Shown here piece by piece: positions 29,662 through 39,472 of a DNA stretch of 64,000 bases. Both the position numbers and the translations under genes were made by a program. Source of the DNA: Chamaesiphon sp. (lineage in GTDB: Bacteria; Cyanobacteriota; Cyanobacteriia; Cyanobacteriales; Chamaesiphonaceae). Each line of letters starts with the position of its first letter. Position 1 is the stretch's first letter. The DNA lies in assembly GCA_965246715.1 (NCBI GenBank), contig CBDFFH010000020.1, positions 1 through 64,000 of the forward strand, in the 5' to 3' direction. The notes under the pieces are model-generated. The model was not told the DNA's origin, did not search any database, and was given only the letters and a program-made list of their open reading frames with translations.

Positions 29662-31812
29662 ATGAGCAAAAATAACAGCTTCACCGAATGGTATCTGCAA
29701 AAAGATTCCGTGTCTGCTCAAACGAGAAGAACGATCGATCTATTGCTAAAATGCGCTGATACCGAAGACTACCAACTCGCAGATGCTAAACTTAGCAGTC
29801 TCACCGAACTCGACCTCAGCCACAGTCAAATCAGCGATTTAGAACCGCTGGCGGGGTTGACAAACTTAACTTCTCTCACACTCACCGCGAATTATATTAG
29901 TGATGTGCAGCCGCTAGCAGCGTTGAGTAACTTGACGCACCTCCACATTAGCTACAATCACATCAGTGATATCCAGCCACTAGCAGAGTTGAATAACTTG
30001 ATTCATCTCGATCTCACCTCAAATCAAATCAGTGACGCACAGCAGTTAGGAGCGTTAAGTAATAACTTGACAGCTCTCTACCTCAACGACAATTACATCA
30101 GTGACCTAAAGCCCCTGGCACGGTTGACTAACCTGTCACATCTCCACCTTTGGCAGAATCAAATCAGCGATCTAGAGCCGCTAGTCGCATTGACTAACTT
30201 AACCGATCTCCACCTTGAAAGTAATCAAATTAGTGACGTAGAGCCGCTAGCCGCATTGACTAACTTGACTCGCCTCTTTCTTGAGTGTAATCAAATCAGT
30301 GATGTCCGATCGCTCTCAGGGTTGAGTAATTTGACCCAACTCCAGATTAGCAACAATCAGATCGGTGATTTACATTTGGTGGGGTTGAGTAACTTAACTT
30401 TGCTTGGCGTTCGGAACAATCAACTCATTACTATCCATCTAGTGGGGCTGAGTAACTTAAATTGGCTCAGTCTTGCCTATAATCAAATCAGTGCGATACA
30501 TCTAGAGGGTTTGAATAACTTGACCGATCTCTATCTTTGTGAGAATCAAATCAGCGATCTAAAGCCGTTGGCAGGGTTGATTAACTTGACCGATCTCTAC
30601 CTCGATAGTAATCAAATCAGCGATCTAGAACCTCTAGCAGGGTTAATTAATTTGGACGATCTCCATCTCGAAGGTAATCAAATCAGCAATCTAGGGCCGC
30701 TGGCAGGTCTGATTAACTTAAGTAGGCTAAGACTCCAGAGCAATCAAATCAGTGACCTAAAGCCGCTAGCAGGTTTGATTAACTTGACCGATCTCTACCT
30801 CGATAGTAATCAAATCAGCGATTTAGAGCCGCTAGTCCCATTAACTAACCTGACCGATCTCTACCTCGATGAGAATCAAATCAGCGATCTAAAGTCGTTA
30901 GCAGAGTTGATTAACTTGACTGAACTCTACCTTAGTGAGAATCAAATCAGCGATCTAAAGCCGTTAGCAGAGTTGATTAAATTGAGGTTGCTCCATCTCA
31001 ATAGTAATCAAATTAGCGATCTAACGCCATTGGCAGGATTGATTGATTTGGATCGTCTTATCCTGAACGAGAATCAAATCAGCGATCTAACGCCATTGGC
31101 AGGATTGATTGATTTGGATCGTCTCATCCTGAACGAGAATCAAATCAGCGATGTATGGCCATTGGCAGGATTGATTGATTTGTGGCACCTTCATCTCGAT
31201 AGTAATCAAATTAGCGATCTAACGCCATTGGCAGGATTGATTAACTTGACTGATCTCAGCCTCGATAGTAATCAAATTAGCGATATAACGCCGCTAGCAG
31301 GGTTGATAGACTTGAAGGATCTCTACCTCTATCGTAATCAAATCAGCGATCTAACGCCGCTAGCAGGTTTGATTAACCTGAGAAATATCAATCTAGACAA
31401 TAATCAAATTAGCGATCTAGAGCCGTTGGCGGGGTCGATCGATTTGTCCCGTCTTGACCTTGAGAACAATCAAATCGTTGATGTAGAGCCACTGGCAGCA
31501 TTGACTAACTTGACTTGGCTGAGTCTGAGCGGCAATCAACTCATTGCTATAGAGCCATTAGCAGCATTGACTAACTTGGCTCACCTCGACCTTAATCGGA
31601 ATCAAATCAGTGATGTGGCACCGTTGGCAGGATTAAAGAACTTAAATGAACTCGAACTTGACAACAATCAACTCAGTGACTCACAGTTGACAGCAGCATT
31701 GAGTAACTTGAATGAAGTCGAGCTTAACAACGATCGAAATAGTGAAGAGTCAGTCGCAGCCTTAACTAACTCCACTGAACTCTGGCTCCAACAAATAATC
31801 AAATCAGTGTAA
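29662..31812 (+). CDS. Internalin-like leucine-rich repeat protein
   Basis: About 30 tandem 22-aa repeats LxxLxLxxNQISDLxPLAGL. Confidence 0.95.
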   Translation: MSKNNSFTEWYLQKDSVSAQTRRTIDLLLKCADTEDYQLADAKLSSLTELDLSHSQISDLEPLAGLTNLTSLTLTANYISDVQPLAALSNLTHLHISYNHISDIQPLAELNNLIHLDLTSNQISDAQQLGALSNNLTALYLNDNYISDLKPLARLTNLSHLHLWQNQISDLEPLVALTNLTDLHLESNQISDVEPLAALTNLTRLFLECNQISDVRSLSGLSNLTQLQISNNQIGDLHLVGLSNLTLLGVRNNQLITIHLVGLSNLNWLSLAYNQISAIHLEGLNNLTDLYLCENQISDLKPLAGLINLTDLYLDSNQISDLEPLAGLINLDDLHLEGNQISNLGPLAGLINLSRLRLQSNQISDLKPLAGLINLTDLYLDSNQISDLEPLVPLTNLTDLYLDENQISDLKSLAELINLTELYLSENQISDLKPLAELIKLRLLHLNSNQISDLTPLAGLIDLDRLILNENQISDLTPLAGLIDLDRLILNENQISDVWPLAGLIDLWHLHLDSNQISDLTPLAGLINLTDLSLDSNQISDITPLAGLIDLKDLYLYRNQISDLTPLAGLINLRNINLDNNQISDLEPLAGSIDLSRLDLENNQIVDVEPLAALTNLTWLSLSGNQLIAIEPLAALTNLAHLDLNRNQISDVAPLAGLKNLNELELDNNQLSDSQLTAALSNLNEVELNNDRNSEESVAALTNSTELWLQQIIKSV

Positions 31813-32207
31813 AACTTATGTTATTTGGCAATCCTTCACCTCAAATCCATAAATTCTCGATCTTGGTAGGAACAATTCGTCGAAATCAGATCCAGAGCCA
31901 TATTACTGGATCGCCGATCTTCGTCTCCCTCAAAGGCAGTAACGGGCGATCGTTTTAAAACCACTGCCACCATTTGCGGGGTTTGACTCGAACAGATACT
32001 GCCTCAGAATATGGAAAAATCGGCTCTGATGTCGGCGCATCAATGGGATAGGACTGACACAAAGCCACAGTACAATTAGGAGGTTCGCCGTTTAAATAGA
32101 CCTCCATATATTTGCAGTCAATTGTGCTGGGATTTATGTATGACTTTTCGGTTCCCTAGCTGCGCTGTTATTTGTGGACTCTAAAAGTCGTGGATTTAAG
32201 CGGTTTA

Positions 32208-33104
32208 CTAAATCGCACCTAATTCTCGGAGTTTATCGATCGTTATCTGGAATCTTGAAGTGTCTTTTTGTTCTTGAAATATGCGAGCGGCTTGCCGAAA
32301 GTCTTGAATCGCCCCTGTTTTGTCTTTTATTTTCTCCAATTTTAATAAACCGCGAGCGGCGTAAGCCTGAGCATGTTTAGGATCTAACTCTAGTGCCTTA
32401 TTGTAGTCAGCTAATGCTCCTAACACATCATTAAGCTTGGTGTGTTTCAACAATGCACGACCCACATAAGCCTCGACATGTTTAGGATTTAATTCGAGTA
32501 CCTTATTGTAATCAGCTAATGCTCCCAACGCATCATTAAGCTTTCTGTATTTTAACATACCACGAAACATATAAGCCTCGACATGTTTAGGATTTAATTC
32601 GAGTACCTTATTGTAATCAGCTAATGCTCCAGAGCTATCATTAAACTGGGTCTGTTTTAACAGACCACGACTCACATAAGCCTCGACATGTTTAGGATTT
32701 AATTCGAGTGCCTTATTGTAATCAGCTAATGCTCCCAATGTATTATTAAACTTGATGTGTTTCAAAACACCGCGATTAGCATAAGCCTGAGCATTTTTAG
32801 AATCTAACTCGATCGCCTTGTTGTAGTCATCTAACGCTCCCAATGCATCATTAAGATTAAAGTGCTTGAAAGAACCCCGTTCTAGGTAAGCTAAAGCATT
32901 TCTAGGATTTTGCTTTATTACTCGATCGAATTCAGCTAACTTAGCTACATCCGTAAGCTTATCTTCCTTTTTAATATTAGTAGCTTGAGCTATTTTCACT
33001 TTATCGTTGGCGGAGCCTCTCCACTGGAGAATCGACTGAGATAATGCAAAATTAGTATGAAATATGAGCGCACACGTACATCCCAGAATCAGTAAATATT
33101 TCAT
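32208..33104 (-). CDS. Secreted TPR protein
   Basis: Signal peptide; repeated GALADYNKxLELNPKHVEAY units. Confidence 0.9.
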   Translation of the reverse strand: MKYLLILGCTCALIFHTNFALSQSILQWRGSANDKVKIAQATNIKKEDKLTDVAKLAEFDRVIKQNPRNALAYLERGSFKHFNLNDALGALDDYNKAIELDSKNAQAYANRGVLKHIKFNNTLGALADYNKALELNPKHVEAYVSRGLLKQTQFNDSSGALADYNKVLELNPKHVEAYMFRGMLKYRKLNDALGALADYNKVLELNPKHVEAYVGRALLKHTKLNDVLGALADYNKALELDPKHAQAYAARGLLKLEKIKDKTGAIQDFRQAARIFQEQKDTSRFQITIDKLRELGAI

Positions 33105-33123
33105 AATTGGTGATAGCTTTACG

Positions 33124-33648
33124 CTATTTATTTTGTATATTCTCTAATCTAACTCTAGCCTCACCATTTTCTGTGAGATCCACAAGCTCCAGCACTATTG
33201 CCTCAATGCCAATGTGCTGATTATAACTACGTAATCCGGGTCGTTCAAATTTATCGGACATCGATCGAGGATTTACAGTATAGGCTGCAAATCTAGATAT
33301 ATAAACATTTGCCGATTCAATTACATAACATTTTGGGTATTCTTCAATATATTTAATTTTTATTTTGTATATTTTTTTATCTTTATCTTCGTGAGCTTTG
33401 TAATCGTGCATTGATAATACGAGCGAACGAACCAATTCACGGGATCTATGAGTAAATACTACTACATGCTCACCTGGTTTTAGCGTAAATGAGTCTGTTA
33501 TTTTAAATCGATTTATATTTGAAAAATTTAATAAATTAAGTTCGTTTTTTATAGGATTACAAAATGGTGAAACTGCTTTGGATTCGATCGGGGAAAACAA
33601 TATTAAATTAACGATCGCTAAAATTGACAATTGGATGGTTGTCTTCAT
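33124..33648 (-). CDS. Secreted hypothetical protein
   Basis: Signal peptide ending ESKA; in operon with neighbours. Confidence 0.65.
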   Translation of the reverse strand: MKTTIQLSILAIVNLILFSPIESKAVSPFCNPIKNELNLLNFSNINRFKITDSFTLKPGEHVVVFTHRSRELVRSLVLSMHDYKAHEDKDKKIYKIKIKYIEEYPKCYVIESANVYISRFAAYTVNPRSMSDKFERPGLRSYNQHIGIEAIVLELVDLTENGEARVRLENIQNK

Positions 33649-33774
33649 AAGTAGATCTTCGATTTGAGCTAAATGATTTCAAAAGATTGCTAAGTAGGTA
33701 GTAGGTAGAGGTAATTATCTATTAAATGGATTATGTCTGAAACGTAGCTAGCGGACAGTGCCCACCCTACTTTA

Positions 33775-34239
33775 CTAAAAGTGAAGAGTTCCTACAAGAC
33801 CAAATTGACGATCGTATACATTTGAACTTCCATCAAAAGTGTACACGCGACCCCAGAGTGAAATTTCTCCTCTGTCAGGATTGGCGTTAGCATAAGTGGC
33901 ACTAATCACCGATCTTGACTGCTCATTAAAACCACGAGTTGTGTACTTACCATTAGAATATGTGACTTGATAAGTTTCGCCAGCTTTCAACGTTCCCATT
34001 GGATCTGTGTTGCCTGTCCAACCAGAATCATCAAATTTGCGACCTACTTTGTCAAAGCTAACTGTGAAATTTTTGCCTGATTTAATGTGGTTAATGGTAC
34101 TGACACCACCTATACTATCGATCAGACAAGGCTCTACCAAACAAGCCTGGACTGACTTTGATCCGATAAAAATTATCCCTGCAAAGATCGAGGTGATGGC
34201 TATTACTCTCTTCATTCTGCCCAACATTTTTTCCTCCAA
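33775..34239 (-). CDS. Secreted hypothetical protein, paralogue of 18883..19329
   Basis: Shared FTVxFDxVGxKFDDSxWxGxTDPMGTLKAGETY...FGxVGTLxF. Confidence 0.8.
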   Translation of the reverse strand: MEEKMLGRMKRVIAITSIFAGIIFIGSKSVQACLVEPCLIDSIGGVSTINHIKSGKNFTVSFDKVGRKFDDSGWTGNTDPMGTLKAGETYQVTYSNGKYTTRGFNEQSRSVISATYANANPDRGEISLWGRVYTFDGSSNVYDRQFGLVGTLHF

Positions 34240-34290
34240 ATGCGGTGAATTTTAATGATATTGTTGGATGAAAATTTTTAAAACATTTTT

Positions 34291-34405
34291 GGGCGTTGCT
34301 GAATCCAAGTATGATAACTACTTCCTTCTATCCTCAAAAACCTTGGTAGGGGCAATTCATGAATTGCCCCTACCAAGGTTTTCATACCTTAAATCAGCAA
34401 CGCCC
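34291..34405. mobile_element. 115-bp MITE-like element containing a REP-like hairpin
   Basis: Ends GGGCGTTGCTGA / TCAGCAACGCCC, ATTTTT on both sides; internal palindrome AACCTTGGTAGGGGCAATTCATGAATTGCCCCTACCAAGGTT. Confidence 0.7.
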
Positions 34406-34547
34406 ATTTTTGCATTTTTTAGATAACATCATCTTGTCTTCCTAGTTGTACATGTATTCGAGCGATCGTATAACTCGTTGATTTACTGACAAGAGCGATC
34501 GCTTCCTCGGATTGGCGAATTTAGTGCGACCGCTGTTCCTATTAAAC

Positions 34548-35129
34548 TTAGCTACAAGCTTGAGTCGCTGCGTCTTCACTGACATCAGTACGCACATCTT
34601 GTGTTTGCCAACCAGCAAATCCTTCTTGTGGAATAGAACTACACCTTGGAAAACCAGTACGAGTACAAACTAGTTTTCGAGTGTACAATAACTGGCGCAT
34701 ACAATTAGCAACAGCTTCTGGCGAACGAGTCGGTTTAGTTTGGACTGGTACTAATATCACTCCAGGGTTTGAGGATGGTGCATCGCGAGCGATCGCACAA
34801 GCCTGAATTGCTGTTTCTTCGCTAGTTTGAGTACGTTGGGAATTGGAGTTCGAGGTTGCGGGTGTGTAAAGTAAAGAGTTAAAACAGCTTTGCACAGACT
34901 GTGACTCTTGTTCGGTTTTTACTCCCCCACAAACTTTACTAGCAGTTTGTTCGCTAATTTGAGTTCGTTGGGAATTGGAGTTAGAGGTTGCGGGTGTGTA
35001 AAGTAAAGAGTTAATGCAGTCGCTAGTAGGTGTTCCAGCAAAAGCGGCTGGGCTGGTTATTAGGTTTGCAGCTACGGAATTGAGTAGAGTTAATGATAGG
35101 AGGACAAACTTTGTTGTTTTCATTTCCAA
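34548..35129 (-). CDS. Secreted Cys-containing repeat protein
   Basis: Signal peptide ending AAFA; CxNSLLYTPATSNSNSQRTQxSExTA twice plus a degenerate third copy. Confidence 0.75.
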   Translation of the reverse strand: MEMKTTKFVLLSLTLLNSVAANLITSPAAFAGTPTSDCINSLLYTPATSNSNSQRTQISEQTASKVCGGVKTEQESQSVQSCFNSLLYTPATSNSNSQRTQTSEETAIQACAIARDAPSSNPGVILVPVQTKPTRSPEAVANCMRQLLYTRKLVCTRTGFPRCSSIPQEGFAGWQTQDVRTDVSEDAATQACS

Positions 35130-35214
35130 AAAGGTGTTAGTGGCTTTTGCTTGCCCTAACTCAAGTGATAACCCAAGGTCGATCGCTTATGTCATCGCTT
35201 AAGCGTTGGATAGA

Positions 35215-35359
35215 CAAGCTATAGTTATCTACTTAAATTGGTTGATACATGTATTCTTCTTTCTTCTTCCTGCTAAAGATAGAGGAATTCACGCACATAA
35301 AATTGCGGGTTCGCGCAAGTTTTCGATCGCCACATCAGCTAAAATGGAAAATGCTTCCC
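35215..35359 (-). promoter_or_regulatory. Conserved upstream element, copy 3 (inverted)
   Basis: Reverse complement matches 18621-18765 including the GGGAAGCATTTTC start. Confidence 0.8.
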
Positions 35360-35403
35360 CGTTACTTGGTATTAGTCTTTATTTATTGGTGCAAGATGTG
35401 AGC

Positions 35404-35811
35404 TTATTCTTTATTTTTCTTCCAATAATCAACTACTAATTGGAGGAAAGCACGAACATCCCGTTCGTTTTGCTGCAAATCAAGAATATCACATACATTT
35501 TGCGTTGGCTTCTGTAACTCCTGTGTGATTTCTTCTATTAATAAAGGAATGTCACCCGCTCTTTGTTCGAGAAATTGTTCGGCTATTCGTTGGTAAGCAT
35601 CTTGCGGATAGCGTTCAAAGATAATACCATACAAAACGATACCGATCGGACTGAGCCAACGGTCGCAAAGCCCTTGACCGAGCTTCTGAGCAAAATGGCG
35701 TGAACAACTCGGACATTCGTAGAATGTAATCTCTTGAGTGGATGTGGATATAACTCTCAACTGTACGGTTTCGCAACGCAGACAATTTTGTCGAGATCGA
35801 GCATTCTTCAT
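35404..35811 (-). CDS. Hypothetical protein with N-terminal zinc ribbon
   Basis: CLRC...CPSC. Confidence 0.6.
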   Translation of the reverse strand: MKNARSRQNCLRCETVQLRVISTSTQEITFYECPSCSRHFAQKLGQGLCDRWLSPIGIVLYGIIFERYPQDAYQRIAEQFLEQRAGDIPLLIEEITQELQKPTQNVCDILDLQQNERDVRAFLQLVVDYWKKNKE

Positions 35812-36189
35812 CTTAATTTTGAGGCACTAGTAGTGTGTCAAGGCGTTGCTGGATTGAGGTACGATCGAAAGCGATCGACAATAATCATACGGCAGGCTTT
35901 GCCAACGCCAACAAATCGACAGCCTGTTTCTATACTTATGATGCGATCGCCGAATGGACAGAGAAATATGGTGATGGTAATTTAAAAGCTAATTTTAGAT
36001 CTAATGAATATGGTGTGTTCATATTATATTCGGATTCAATTCATCTTGTTTACTAAAAATCGCACCAATAGGAGATAAATTTTAAGCTGATAGATTTTAA
36101 AGAGATCGATCTTACTCCCATTATTCACTTATTAGTGAGTAGCGATCGAGTTGGCTTCGCCTGATGAGAGTGAAGTTTATCACAAAAAA

Positions 36190-36537
36190 ATGTCCGCCAT
36201 CAATGAAATTCTCCTGCCAGTATTGCTGTTTGTTGTCTACTTTTCTCTTGCAATTCAATTTCTGCCACAACTTCCAACTGCGATGGTCTCTGACCTACCA
36301 CAGGTCGAAGAGCAAGTAAATCCGGTGGTAGAGATTATCCAAGCTAACGATCTCGTAAATGCTGTAATTAGTCGCGATTGGTTAGAAACTCAATCTCTAG
36401 CCAACCTCAAAGCGATCTCGGCTGAACTCTGCATTACTCCTAATGGTGATAAGCGATCGAAACTTACTTGGATTGATGCGATCGCTTCTACCACTCCCGA
36501 AAATACCGTGCTAGCAGTTAATCTTTGCTACGCCTAA
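36190..36537 (+). CDS. Hypothetical membrane-anchored protein
   Basis: N-terminal hydrophobic helix; C-terminal SLANLKAISAEL...KLTWIDAI resembling a small helical nucleic-acid-binding motif. Confidence 0.55.
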   Translation: MSAINEILLPVLLFVVYFSLAIQFLPQLPTAMVSDLPQVEEQVNPVVEIIQANDLVNAVISRDWLETQSLANLKAISAELCITPNGDKRSKLTWIDAIASTTPENTVLAVNLCYA

Positions 36538-36627
36538 TGAAAGTGAAATCGATCTTTATTCGTTTAAAGGTTGGCTTTGCTGCGCTTTGTATTCACGAAA
36601 ATTATTCACCCATCTCAGGAAAATTCT

Positions 36628-37075
36628 ATGTTTGTTACTCTTTCTGGTCGTACTGGTCGCGCTACTTCTACTGCTGATGTTCCTCGTAAAGATGGTACTG
36701 GTTACTTTCAAATCTCTGACACAGCCTTAGCTGTCAAAGTTACCGAAGATGCCACCGATTGGTATCAGTTAAAATTCGTCGGCGATGCACTAGTCAAAGC
36801 TGCTAGTTTCCTCACTAAAGGCTGTCTTATTTGGGAGCATCCCACTTTTTATTAGTTGTTTGTAGAATAAAGTATCAAGAACCAGTCATCAGGCTATTCA
36901 GCGATCGTACTTATTTTATCTTTGAGAATTTTAAAAAGTGGGATGCTCCCGTCTTATTTCCGTTACAGGCGATCTGACATTCGAGTCTTGGACTAACGAA
37001 GACGGCGTACTCAAAGCTAAACCTGTCGTTACTATTTCAGAAATTCAAATACCTCCTAGATCTCAAGTTATTTAG
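36628..37075 (+). pseudogene. ssb: Single-stranded DNA-binding protein interrupted by a MITE
   Basis: Removing 36833-36950 plus one TSD gives ...TDWYQLKFVGDALVKAASFLTKGCLISVTGDLTFESWTNEDGVLKAKPVVTISEIQ..., an SSB OB-fold pattern. Confidence 0.85.
36833..36950. mobile_element. 118-bp MITE
   Basis: TIR GGGAGCATCCCACTTTTTA / TAAAAAGTGGGATGCTCCC; 9-bp TSD GTCTTATTT (36824-36832, 36951-36959). Confidence 0.92.
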
Positions 37076-37214
37076 TTCTGCTTATACGGGAGTAGCAGGG
37101 TGGGGGAGTATGGGAGTATGGGAGTAAGTAATAAACACACCCCAACATCCTCACTTCCCCACCCCGCTTCGCTTTGTAATATTGAAAATTATTCACCTCA
37201 CTCGGAGAACTTCC

Positions 37215-37658
37215 ATGCGTACTTTCACTGCTAACTTCTTTATCCTCTCCGCTCAAATCGGCGATACAACCATTGCTGGTACTGCCATCGATGGCGATAT
37301 TAAAGTTAACTTTGCCGTTGCTGCTACTGATGTCAATCAACGCTTATTCGTACCAGAATCTAACTTGGTTGTAGCTGGTAAATTCCGCTTAGGTAAAGAG
37401 CTTGCCACCATTGGTGTATGGATTTCCAAGATTATTGCTGTCGTGTCTATTCCAGCACCCGTATCTGCTGAAGTTGAAGTACTCGCACTCGAACCAGTCG
37501 AATCAACAATTATTGATGATGCTAAATCGATCGCTGTAGAACTCGCTCCTGTAACTGAAGTTACTGAAACGAGCGTTCCACTTACACCCGCACAAAAACG
37601 TGCTGCTACTATTGCGGCAAATAAAGTTAAAGCTGAATCTGCGATCGCCACTTGCTAA
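37215..37658 (+). CDS. Hypothetical protein
   Basis: GGAG RBS, ATG at 37215, preceded by the repeated GCTTCGCT motif. Confidence 0.6.
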   Translation: MRTFTANFFILSAQIGDTTIAGTAIDGDIKVNFAVAATDVNQRLFVPESNLVVAGKFRLGKELATIGVWISKIIAVVSIPAPVSAEVEVLALEPVESTIIDDAKSIAVELAPVTEVTETSVPLTPAQKRAATIAANKVKAESAIATC

Positions 37659-37816
37659 ATCTCCATTGCTTGCTAGTAATTACTAGCAAGCAATTTATTT
37701 ATGTGCTTCGCTTAGTAATTATGAGAAATAGCAAGAGTTAGTTTGCTGCTAACTCTTGCTATTTTTGTCAATAAAAAAGGTCGCAAAACGACCAAAATTA
37801 TAATTAACGAAATTCC

Positions 37817-38248
37817 ATGTTAACTCAGCCACCTTCTCTCGAACAAGCTTTCACCTTCACTGACTTGCTCCCAGGCTTAGTTATCTGTAACGCACCTGCT
37901 GAAGATCCTCACGGGTGGGGTAATGCCCACGCAGATGAACCCGCATTCTTAGTTTATCTGGGATACAACATCCCCCAGGAGCGAGATGAGTGGATCGCTC
38001 GATTACGCTTGATTTGGGGCATCTGTGGTGAGATTGTCTACCGTCCGAGCCAACGTGTTTCAGGTTACTGGCACGAGATTAAGATTCGGGAAATGCAGCG
38101 TCATTCAGATCCGGCTGTGTTCGATCTCGACTATTTGAGTGAGTCAATGAGTTATGGGTTGGACTTTCTGGTTCACATGCGACAGCAAGAATTAGAAGCC
38201 ACTGCTTATGAGGAAATGGCAACATCACGGTTGTTAACATCACGCTGA
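37817..38248 (+). CDS. Hypothetical protein
   Basis: 143 aa ORF in co-oriented cluster. Confidence 0.6.
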   Translation: MLTQPPSLEQAFTFTDLLPGLVICNAPAEDPHGWGNAHADEPAFLVYLGYNIPQERDEWIARLRLIWGICGEIVYRPSQRVSGYWHEIKIREMQRHSDPAVFDLDYLSESMSYGLDFLVHMRQQELEATAYEEMATSRLLTSR

Positions 38249-38428
38249 TTCACTATCTTTTCGCTGCAATTAAATCCCTAGCACCAATAAAATTGGTGCT
38301 TTTTCATCCCAATTACTGCTGGAACTCCACCGCTTCGCTTGGTAATAGCGAACGCTGGTACCTCTAGCCTCAACTAATCCCATCAGTCTCAACAATTGGT
38401 GTTTTCATTCACATTATCTAGGAAATTC

Positions 38429-39469
38429 ATGACCACTACTACTAGTCGATATCTCACCGATGCACTACCAGCTACCGATTTCTCCTATCCTTACGCCCAA
38501 GCGTTGCGCGGCGAAAATCCCGCCCAATATGGATATTTTGTGCCTCTGAGTCAAGCTGAGAAGGCTGGCTGGAAGAACCTCGAAGGTACCGAAATGACCG
38601 AGTACGCTTACAACAGTGGACAAACCGAGGTGGGGATCTTGCTCCAGAAACCTCGAATGATCCTCACTCCCATCTGTCAACTGGGGGCATTCGATCGCCA
38701 AGCCAGTCAAACCGAGCAAACTCTAGTCGTACTGGGTGAATGGGATCGTGCCAAGCACGGTAACGATCCTAACGCTGGTAACTTCCAAATCTTCTTGGTG
38801 ATGTTTATGGATGCTAACAAGCAGCCACTCCATGATATTCCACTCCGACTGTTCGCCAAGGGTTCTCACCAAGCGACTTTATCGATCGAGTGGCAGAAAT
38901 TTTGCACCTCAGTAGCGCGTTGTCAAGCAGAAGCAAACAAGACTTTATTCCGCCCTAAGAATGAAGTTTTCAATGCCCTGTGCATCTTTGCGCCGATTAT
39001 CATTCGCAAATCTGTCGGCGATAAAGTCAAATCCCCTGCCTGTTATATCGATGGCTACGTCCATCCAACTGTTCTGAACTGGCAGGATTTCTATATGGGC
39101 ACTGACGAACGGCTTGCCGATGCCATTATCGATATTCTCAACCCTCGATCGCGCTCATTGCTCTCACCGCCCACTGCTGGGACGATTATGCTGGCACCTG
39201 CCATAGAATCAGATCCCCAAATCCTTCAGCCCGCGCCAGCGGTAGTAACTGCTGCTTCTACTCCCCTAGTAGAGGATAACAGCAATGCGATCGATGTAGC
39301 TTCATCCCCCGTGGCTGAAGAATCAGCACCCGCACCAACTATTCCCACCACTCCGGTTGTGACTAAGACTAAACCAGCACCCGCACCGGAGTATATCGAT
39401 CCGCCTGAGTTTGAGGACGATGATGAATTTGAAGACGATAAGGTTCCAGAGGATGAGATTCCCTTTTAG
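38429..39469 (+). CDS. Cyanobacterial plasmid protein, DUF5895-like, with acidic SSB-like tail
   Basis: YPYAQALRG...YGYFVP...AGW, LHDIPLRL motifs; C-terminus EDDKVPEDEIPF. Confidence 0.6.
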   Translation: MTTTTSRYLTDALPATDFSYPYAQALRGENPAQYGYFVPLSQAEKAGWKNLEGTEMTEYAYNSGQTEVGILLQKPRMILTPICQLGAFDRQASQTEQTLVVLGEWDRAKHGNDPNAGNFQIFLVMFMDANKQPLHDIPLRLFAKGSHQATLSIEWQKFCTSVARCQAEANKTLFRPKNEVFNALCIFAPIIIRKSVGDKVKSPACYIDGYVHPTVLNWQDFYMGTDERLADAIIDILNPRSRSLLSPPTAGTIMLAPAIESDPQILQPAPAVVTAASTPLVEDNSNAIDVASSPVAEESAPAPTIPTTPVVTKTKPAPAPEYIDPPEFEDDDEFEDDKVPEDEIPF

Positions 39470-39472
39470 CCA

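Noticed and set aside
29800..31700. 66-bp DNA periodicity as a non-coding repeat array or diversity-generating system
   Set aside because: Fully explained by 22-aa LRR coding repeats; no reverse transcriptase in the window.
32380..32830. 105-bp direct repeats
   Set aside because: They encode the TPR units of 32208..33104.
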